From the NCBI GenBank assembly GCA_951812805.1, contig CATOSZ010000003.1:386557-450556 (forward strand): DNA of 64,000 nt, given 5' to 3'. A program made the position numbers and the translations under genes. Source of the DNA: an uncultured Alphaproteobacteria bacterium (GTDB lineage: Bacteria > Pseudomonadota > Alphaproteobacteria > GCA-2731375). Shown one piece after another: positions 57,660 to 64,000 of the stretch. The notes below the pieces were generated by a model. It searched no databases. It was not told the origin of the DNA and was given only the letters and a program-made list of their open reading frames with translations. How positions within the stretch are numbered: the first letter of the stretch is position 1; each line of letters begins with the position of its first letter.

Positions 57660-58699
57660 TCGCCCCGCAGCAACGCCGAGAGCGCCGCCACATGCTCCGG
57701 CGGCGTCTCGGGCACGATGCCGTGGCCGAGGTTGAACACGCAGGGCCCGGTGTTCAACGTCTCGCGGATGGCGCGGGCGCGATCCAGCATCGCATCGCCG
57801 CCGACGACGAGGAGTTGGGGATCGAGGTTGCCTTGCAGGCAGGTGGCGTCGCCGAGCTTCTCGCGCGCCGCGGTCGTCGGCACGGCGAAGTCGAGGCCGA
57901 GGGCGTCGACACCGGTGCCGTCGCGGTATTCGGCGAGGCGTAGGCCGGCGCCGCGCGGGAAACCGATGAGCGGGACGTCGATGCCGCGGGCGCGCAAGCC
58001 GGCGACGATGGCCCGGGTCGGCGCCGTAACCCAGCGGTCGAATTCCGGCGCGGCGAGAGAGCCCGCCCAGGTATCGAACAGTTGCAGGGCTTCGGCCCCG
58101 GCGGCGACCTGGGCCGCCAGGTAGTCGACGGTCGCATCGACGACCACCTCGATCAACCGGGTGAAGCCGTCCGGATCCCCGTAGGCCCAGCGCTTGGTGT
58201 TCCGGTGATCGGGGCTGCCGCCGCCCTCCACCATATAGGTGGCGACGGTCCAGGGTGCGCCCGCGAAACCGATCAGGGCGGTTTCGTCCGGCAGGGCCGC
58301 GGCGACGCGGGCCACCGTCTCCATCACCGGTGCCAGGCCGCTCGACGCGGCCGATGCATCGAGCCGGGAGAGGCCGGCGGCATCGCGGATCGGCTCCAGC
58401 ACCGGGCCCTCGCCCTCGCGGTAGTCGAGCGGCTGGCCCAGGGCGTGGGGAATCAGCAGGATGTCGGCGAACAGGATCGCCGCGTCCATGCCATAGCGGC
58501 GGATCGGCTGCAGCGTCACTTCCGCCGCCTTTTCCGGGTTCATGCAGAGGTCGAGGAAACCGCCGGCGTCGGCCCGCACCGCGCGGTATTCGGGCAGGTA
58601 GCGGCCCGCCTGGCGCATGAACCAGAAAGGCGGTCGGTCGAGCCGTTCACCGCGTAGCGCCCGGATCAGCGGCTTTTCGGGCTTGGCCCGGCCGCTCAT
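57656..58699 (-). CDS. hemE: uroporphyrinogen decarboxylase
   Basis: N-terminal PPFWFMRQAGRYLPEY signature. Confidence 0.9.
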   Translation of the reverse strand: MSGRAKPEKPLIRALRGERLDRPPFWFMRQAGRYLPEYRAVRADAGGFLDLCMNPEKAAEVTLQPIRRYGMDAAILFADILLIPHALGQPLDYREGEGPVLEPIRDAAGLSRLDASAASSGLAPVMETVARVAAALPDETALIGFAGAPWTVATYMVEGGGSPDHRNTKRWAYGDPDGFTRLIEVVVDATVDYLAAQVAAGAEALQLFDTWAGSLAAPEFDRWVTAPTRAIVAGLRARGIDVPLIGFPRGAGLRLAEYRDGTGVDALGLDFAVPTTAAREKLGDATCLQGNLDPQLLVVGGDAMLDRARAIRETLNTGPCVFNLGHGIVPETPPEHVAALSALLRGD

Positions 58700-59595
58700 G
58701 GAATGGCCTTGATTTCGACGCCGGCCCAGCCTTCGATCAGCTTGGCGATCTCGGTGATGTCGCGGTCCCGCCAGCCCTGGTGCTCGACCAGCTTGAAGAC
58801 CTGGCGGACCTGCTGGCAGACCAGCTGGCTGATGCCGAGCGCCTCGCCCTCGGCGAGCGCCAGGTCGATATCCTTGATCAGGATATGCATCGGCGCCCCA
58901 TAGGCGAAGCTGCGCGGCGTGACGTCGCGCGGGATCTTGTCCATTGTCGCGCTGTTGCGCCCGGACCCGGCATTGATCGCCTCCAGCATCACCGCCGGAT
59001 CCAGCCCGGCTTTGACCCCCATCGCCAAGGCCTCGCAGCTCGCGACGAGGGCGGTCGCCGAAAGGATGTTGTTGGCGAGCTTCAGGACCTGGGCATGACC
59101 CGGCCTATCGCCGCAATAGACCACCGTGCTGCCGAGCGTCTCCAGTAGTGACCTCGCCTCCTCGAAAGCCGCCTCGGGCCCCGAGACCATGATCGAGAGG
59201 CTGCCGGCCCGCGCGCCCGGCGGCCCACCCGAGATCGGCGCATCGATCGTGGTGATCCCCTTCGCCGCCAGCGCCGCCGCCGTCGCCTCGGCGAAGGGCG
59301 AGCCCGTGGTGCAGGTCGAGATATAGAGACGGGCCTTGGCACCGTTCACGATGCCGTCCGCGCCCAGCACGATCTCCTCGATCGCCTTGTTGTTCGGCAG
59401 GGAGACGAAGACCAGTTCGCAGGCATCCGCCACGTCCCGCGCCGAGCCGGCACGGCGCGCCTGGCGTTCCAACAGCGGCGCCATGGCCTCTTCGGAAATG
59501 TCGTACACGACCAGTCGATGCCCGGCCTCCGCCAGGTTGAGGGCCATCGGCTGGCCCATGTTGCCAACCCCGATGAAGCCGATTTCGTCCGCCAT
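58696..59595 (-). CDS. NAD(P)-dependent 3-hydroxyisobutyrate dehydrogenase family oxidoreductase
   Basis: IGFIGVGNMG Rossmann motif plus HIBADH family body. Confidence 0.8.
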   Translation of the reverse strand: MADEIGFIGVGNMGQPMALNLAEAGHRLVVYDISEEAMAPLLERQARRAGSARDVADACELVFVSLPNNKAIEEIVLGADGIVNGAKARLYISTCTTGSPFAEATAAALAAKGITTIDAPISGGPPGARAGSLSIMVSGPEAAFEEARSLLETLGSTVVYCGDRPGHAQVLKLANNILSATALVASCEALAMGVKAGLDPAVMLEAINAGSGRNSATMDKIPRDVTPRSFAYGAPMHILIKDIDLALAEGEALGISQLVCQQVRQVFKLVEHQGWRDRDITEIAKLIEGWAGVEIKAIP

Positions 59596-59744
59596 GAGTT
59601 CCCTCCTCCGTTCGCGCGCACTCTATCCCACTTCAGATGCCGAGGGCACCGCCTCTCGACCCTGTGCCGTGACGGCATGGCGCCGGGTATGGCACACTCC
59701 GGCGCCGGTCGCGGGTCGCGCGCCGAGGTAGCGGGAGGGACATC

Positions 59745-61376
59745 ATGAAAGTCGTCGAGGCGATCGCCGAAATCCTCAAGCGGGAAGGGGTGGAGATGCT
59801 CTGCGCCTATCCGGTCAACCACATCATCGAATATGCAGCGCGGGCCGATATCCGCACCATCATCTGCCGCCAGGAGCGGATCGGCCTGCATATGGCCGAC
59901 GCCATCGCGCGGATGACCAGCGGCGAGAAGATCGGCATCTTCGCCATGCAGCACGGCCCCGGCGCCGAAAACGCCTTCGGCGGCGTCGCCCAGGCCTACG
60001 GCGAAAGCGTGCCGATCCTGGTCCTGCCGATGGGCTATGCGACCGAGATCGCCCATGTCCAGCCCAATTTCAACTCGACCCTGAATTTCAAGCACGTCAC
60101 CAAATCGACGGAGCCGGTGGTAAGCCCGAACCAGGTCGTCGACGTGATGCGTCGCGCCTTCGCCCAGGTGCGCAACGGCCGCCCGGGCCCGGTCCTGGTC
60201 GAGGTGCCGGGCAACCTGATGATGGCCGAGGTCGACGGCGAGATCGACTACACCCCGCAGGTCCATCTGCGAAGCGCGCCGGAACCCGCCGGCGTCGAGG
60301 CGATGGCCGATGCGCTCGCCGCCGCCGAGCGTCCGGTGATCTATGCCGGCCAGGGCGTGCACTACGCCAAAGCCTGGACGGAACTCGCCGAGCTTTCCAA
60401 ACTGCTGGCCGCCCCGGTCACCACCAGCCTGCAGGGCAAGAGCGCCTTCGACGAAACCCATCCGATGAGCCTCGGCTCCTGCGGGCGGGCGATCCCGAAG
60501 ACGGTGCACGAGTATTTGAACAGGGCGGACGTCATTTTCGGCATCGGCTGCAGCTTCACGACGACGGGCTTCGGCACGGCGATGCCCAAGGGCAAGACGA
60601 TCCTGCACGCGACGCTCGACCCGCTCGACATCAACAAGAACCAGGTGTCGGACCAGGCGATCATCGGCGACGCCCAGCTGACGCTGCAGGCCCTGAACGC
60701 GGCGCTCCAAAGCCGGCTCGGCGGCGCGGTCAGGGATTCGAGCGCCACGGAAGCGGATATCGCCCGCATCCGGGCCGAATGGCTCGAGGACTGGATGCCC
60801 AAGCTCACCTCGGACGAGGCGCCGCTCTCGCCTTACCGGGTGCTGTGGGACCTGCATGCCACGGTCGACCGCGACAACACGGTCATCACCCACGACGCCG
60901 GCAGTCCGCGCGACCAGATCTCACCCTTCTGGCAGGCGACCCGGCCGCTCTCCTACATCGGCTGGGGCAAGACGACGCAGCTCGGCTACGGCCTCGGTCT
61001 CGCCATGGGCGCAAAGCTCGCCTGCCCTGACAAGCTCTGCATCAACGTCTGGGGTGATGCGGCGATCGGCTTCCCCGGCATGGACTTCGAGACGGCGGTG
61101 CGTGAGCGCATTCCGATCCTCTCGATCCTGCTGAACAACTTCTCGATGGCGATCGAGCTGCCGATCATGGAGGTCTCGACCGAGAAGTTCCGCTCCACCG
61201 ACATCTCGGGCGACTACGCCGCCATGGCCCGCGCCTTCGGCGGCTATGGCGAACGGGTGACCGACCCGGCCGAGATCATCCCGGCGATCAAACGCGGCAT
61301 CGAGCAGACCGAAGCCGGCGTTCCCGCCCTGCTGGAGTTCATCACGTCGAAGGAGATTTCGATCTCGAAATTCTAG
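59745..61376 (+). CDS. thiamine-pyrophosphate-dependent enzyme (acetolactate synthase large subunit-like family)
   Basis: Three-domain TPP layout; TPP-binding GDAAIGF...NN motif near the C-terminus. Confidence 0.75.
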   Translation: MKVVEAIAEILKREGVEMLCAYPVNHIIEYAARADIRTIICRQERIGLHMADAIARMTSGEKIGIFAMQHGPGAENAFGGVAQAYGESVPILVLPMGYATEIAHVQPNFNSTLNFKHVTKSTEPVVSPNQVVDVMRRAFAQVRNGRPGPVLVEVPGNLMMAEVDGEIDYTPQVHLRSAPEPAGVEAMADALAAAERPVIYAGQGVHYAKAWTELAELSKLLAAPVTTSLQGKSAFDETHPMSLGSCGRAIPKTVHEYLNRADVIFGIGCSFTTTGFGTAMPKGKTILHATLDPLDINKNQVSDQAIIGDAQLTLQALNAALQSRLGGAVRDSSATEADIARIRAEWLEDWMPKLTSDEAPLSPYRVLWDLHATVDRDNTVITHDAGSPRDQISPFWQATRPLSYIGWGKTTQLGYGLGLAMGAKLACPDKLCINVWGDAAIGFPGMDFETAVRERIPILSILLNNFSMAIELPIMEVSTEKFRSTDISGDYAAMARAFGGYGERVTDPAEIIPAIKRGIEQTEAGVPALLEFITSKEISISKF

Positions 61377-61383
61377 ACGAGGT

Positions 61384-61788
61384 CTACCGGGGCGGTCCGA
61401 GCGCCAGCCGCTGGGTGCCGGCGGCGGCCGGCGGCAGCAGGTCGATGACGAAGCGACGGCCGGTGCGATAGTGACGCAGGCGTACCGACGGCGAGAGTTT
61501 CAGGATCAAGCGGTTGTCCGCGACACGGAGGTGGCGAAGCCAGGTCGTTCCCTTTGGCCCCGACTCCTCGGCCGTGAGCGGGAGGGCGGTGTCGAAGGTG
61601 ACTTCGACGTCTTCGCCACGTCGCCTGACGTCGTAGTCGACGGCCTGGCGCCAATCGATCGAGATGCGGTCATAGCCGGCGATATGCTCCGCCGCGAGCG
61701 TACCGCCGCGCGGCTCCGCTCCCGCAGGCGCGGTGAGCAGGACGCCTGAGAGGGCGAGAACGAAACCGAACGCCCGTAATCCCGACAT
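61384..61788 (-). CDS. hypothetical secreted protein
   Basis: Signal peptide MSGLRAFGFVLALSGVLLTAPAGA. Confidence 0.4.
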   Translation of the reverse strand: MSGLRAFGFVLALSGVLLTAPAGAEPRGGTLAAEHIAGYDRISIDWRQAVDYDVRRRGEDVEVTFDTALPLTAEESGPKGTTWLRHLRVADNRLILKLSPSVRLRHYRTGRRFVIDLLPPAAAGTQRLALGPPR

Positions 61789-61904
61789 GAACGACCTCCC
61801 CGATATGCGACGCCAAGGCATCGCCCTTCGGGGTCATATCGGGGGGAACGGCCCCGCAGCCAGTGACGGGCGTCACGAAACCGCGGGACCGTTCGAAATC
61901 GAAT

Positions 61905-63932
61905 TCAGGCCGCCTTCTCGTCTTCCCGCGCCGTGATCACCTGGTCGGCGAGCCTTCCGGTCAGCTCCTGCAGCCGCTCGAAATGCGCCTGGTAGGAGGC
62001 GACACCCTGGGTGAGGGAGCGGAGCTCGACGATGATGTCGTGCATTTCCGACTCGGGGATCGTGCCGCTGACGATGTCCCAGCCGGGCCAGCCCGGGCGG
62101 GTATCGAAGCCGAGCACCTGGCCACGCCGTCCACTCAACACCTGGTTGATGCGCGGCGTGAACTCCGACGGCACCATCACGTCGATGTGCATGATCGGCT
62201 CCAGCAGCACCGGATCGCATTTCGGCATGCCCTCGCTCATGGCGATGCGGGCCGCCGTCTTGAAGGCGATTTCCGAGCTGTCGACGGCGTGGAACTGGCC
62301 GTCGTAGAGCTCGACCTGCACGTCGACCACCGGGAAGCCGAGCGGGCCACGGTCGAGGAAGTCCTTCACCCCGCTTTCCACTGCCGGGATGTACTGCCTC
62401 GGCACCACGCCGCCGACGATCGAGTCCTTGAACTCGAACCCGCCGCCGCGCGTCATCGGCTTGATCGTCAGGTGGACGTCGCCGAACTGGCCGTGGCCGC
62501 CCGACTGCTTCTTGTGCCGGCCGTGCTGCTGCACGGTCTTGCGGATCGCCTCCTTGTAGGGCACACGCGGGCGCCGGCTGGACACCGCCAGACCATATTT
62601 GTGCCGCAACCGATCTGTCGCGACGCGCAGGTGAATATCGCCCTGGCCGCGCAGCACCAGCTCGTGCGTCGCGTCCATATGCTCGTAGATCAGTGCCGGA
62701 TCCTCGTCCGACAATCGGCTGAGCGCGCCCGACAGCTTGACCTCGTCGTCCCGCTTCTCCGCCGCGATCGCCAGCGAGAACACCGGCGACAGCCGCGGCG
62801 CGGTGGCCAGTTCCGGCGCCTCCTTGGCATCGGTCAGGACCTGGCCGGTCCGGGCGGACTCGAGGCGGGAGAAGCCGACGACCTCGCCGGGTCCGGCCTC
62901 CGAGATCTTCTCGGTGCCGTGGCCCATCATGCGAAAGAGGCCGGCGACCCGATCGCCGTTCAAGGTCGTGCCGTCCTTCACCGTGCCGCTCCACACCCGC
63001 GAGATCGAGAGCTTGCCGGCATGCTGCGTGTGGTAGGTCTTCAGCACCTGCGCGACGATACCCTCGCCCATCTCGCCGGCGCGCCCGGCCGCGACGTCCG
63101 CCGCCGGCACTTCATGGCGCAGGAACTTCAGCAGGCGGCGCACGCCGTTGTCCTGTTCGGCCGAGCCGAGCATGACCGGCACGATCTGCCCCTCGCCGAA
63201 AGCCTGGGTCAGGTTGGCGTAGATCTCCGCATCCTCGGGCGTGACGTCTTCCAGGACCTTTTCCATCAGCTCGTCCGAGAAATCGGACAGCTTCTCCAGC
63301 ATCTCATAGCGCGCCATCTCGAAATCATCACCCGCCTCGGAGGGCATCTCGACCAGCTCGGAGGCCGCGTTCGCCTGGTAGGTGAAGACCCGACGGCTCG
63401 GCAGGTCGATATAGCCGCCGACCGCCTCGCCCTCCGGCAAGGGCATCTGGCGCAGGATCAACGGCGCGTCCGACATCGCGCCCAGCGCGTCCAGCAGACC
63501 GGCGATATCGCTGTTCTCCCGGTCGACCTTGTTGACGAACAGCAGGCGCGGGATGCCGAGGTCGCCCAGCATCTTCAACAGCGGCACGGCGGTGAGCGCC
63601 TTGTCCGCCTCCGCCTCGGTGACGACGATGGCCGCGTCGACGCCGAGGATGGCGTTGTGGCTCTCCTGCAGCAGCTCGATCGAGCCGGGACAGTCGAGGA
63701 AGGTGAGGCTGTCGCCAAGATAGGTCGTCGTGGCGACGTTCAGTTCCGTGCCCATGCCGCGCTCGCGCGCTTCCGGCGCGCTGTCGCCGACGGTGTTGCC
63801 GGCGTTCTGCGTGCCCTTGCGGCCGACCGCCCCGGTCGCGAACAGGATGCTTTCGAGGAGCGTCGTCTTACCGCTGAGATAGGGGCCCAGGATCGCGACG
63901 CTCCTGGGTCCAGTAGGCTTTGATGTGCTCAT
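61905..63932 (-). CDS. elongation factor G-like translational GTPase (EF-G paralog, deviant P-loop)
   Basis: 675 aa. The G1 motif is GPYLSGKTT instead of AHIDAGKTT. The EF-G domain II-V order is recognisable. Confidence 0.8.
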   Translation of the reverse strand: MSTSKPTGPRSVAILGPYLSGKTTLLESILFATGAVGRKGTQNAGNTVGDSAPEARERGMGTELNVATTTYLGDSLTFLDCPGSIELLQESHNAILGVDAAIVVTEAEADKALTAVPLLKMLGDLGIPRLLFVNKVDRENSDIAGLLDALGAMSDAPLILRQMPLPEGEAVGGYIDLPSRRVFTYQANAASELVEMPSEAGDDFEMARYEMLEKLSDFSDELMEKVLEDVTPEDAEIYANLTQAFGEGQIVPVMLGSAEQDNGVRRLLKFLRHEVPAADVAAGRAGEMGEGIVAQVLKTYHTQHAGKLSISRVWSGTVKDGTTLNGDRVAGLFRMMGHGTEKISEAGPGEVVGFSRLESARTGQVLTDAKEAPELATAPRLSPVFSLAIAAEKRDDEVKLSGALSRLSDEDPALIYEHMDATHELVLRGQGDIHLRVATDRLRHKYGLAVSSRRPRVPYKEAIRKTVQQHGRHKKQSGGHGQFGDVHLTIKPMTRGGGFEFKDSIVGGVVPRQYIPAVESGVKDFLDRGPLGFPVVDVQVELYDGQFHAVDSSEIAFKTAARIAMSEGMPKCDPVLLEPIMHIDVMVPSEFTPRINQVLSGRRGQVLGFDTRPGWPGWDIVSGTIPESEMHDIIVELRSLTQGVASYQAHFERLQELTGRLADQVITAREDEKAA

Positions 63933-64000
63933 GGCTTTTGGCCTTTCCTCGGATTTTCGTCTCCAATCCGCCCCTCCCGGACGGTTCCCGGCGGACCTGG

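Noticed and set aside
59346-60893. 515-aa minus-strand ORF
   Set aside because: Antisense to the TPP-enzyme gene, which has clear family features. The antisense ORF has none.
61863-63923. 686-aa + strand ORF
   Set aside because: Antisense to the EF-G-like gene.
1-64000. CRISPR arrays / rRNA operons
   Set aside because: No regularly spaced short direct repeats and no rRNA-like conserved stretches were seen.

Overview
High-GC (~68-70%) alphaproteobacterial-type chromosomal segment. The assignment to Alphaproteobacteria is inferred from the classic hrcA-grpE / rph-rdgB-hemW synteny and the high GC3 codon bias. The window has three parts. (i) 1-22400 is a housekeeping and metabolic stretch: a PAS sensor kinase, dimethylglycine dehydrogenase, a nucleoside hydrolase-ribokinase module, alr, an MMPL/RND exporter in a lower-GC patch, grpE-hrcA, rph-rdgB-hemW, and a three-gene DUF547/GT-C-like/GT2 glycosylation operon. 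(ii) ~22400-38100 is a heavily rearranged, mobile-element-rich accessory region. It holds a truncated second adenylate cyclase fused to the 3' tail of an HpaB-like gene, a low-GC islet with a frameshifted LicD-family gene and an hflK-like 5' remnant, and an HpaB-like C-terminal fragment truncated by an IS21-family element. A second IS21 copy follows, itself interrupted inside istB by an IS1182-family element. A second identical IS1182 copy lies 4.7 kb away in the same orientation, and the two bracket an asparagine-synthase-like gene, a zinc-ribbon membrane protein, a CBS protein and a small ORF. A 265-bp nested-palindrome MITE-like element follows, then an orphan TRAP DctM. (iii) ~39500-64000 carries a tandem-PCuAC/His-rich periplasmic protein translationally coupled to an FAD monooxygenase, mnmA, uspA, assorted catabolic enzymes, a hemE-hemH-hemJ cluster, a TPP enzyme and an EF-G paralog. 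No rRNA, tRNA or CRISPR array was recognised. Many long ORFs in the supplied track are antisense or out-of-frame artefacts of high GC and were not called.
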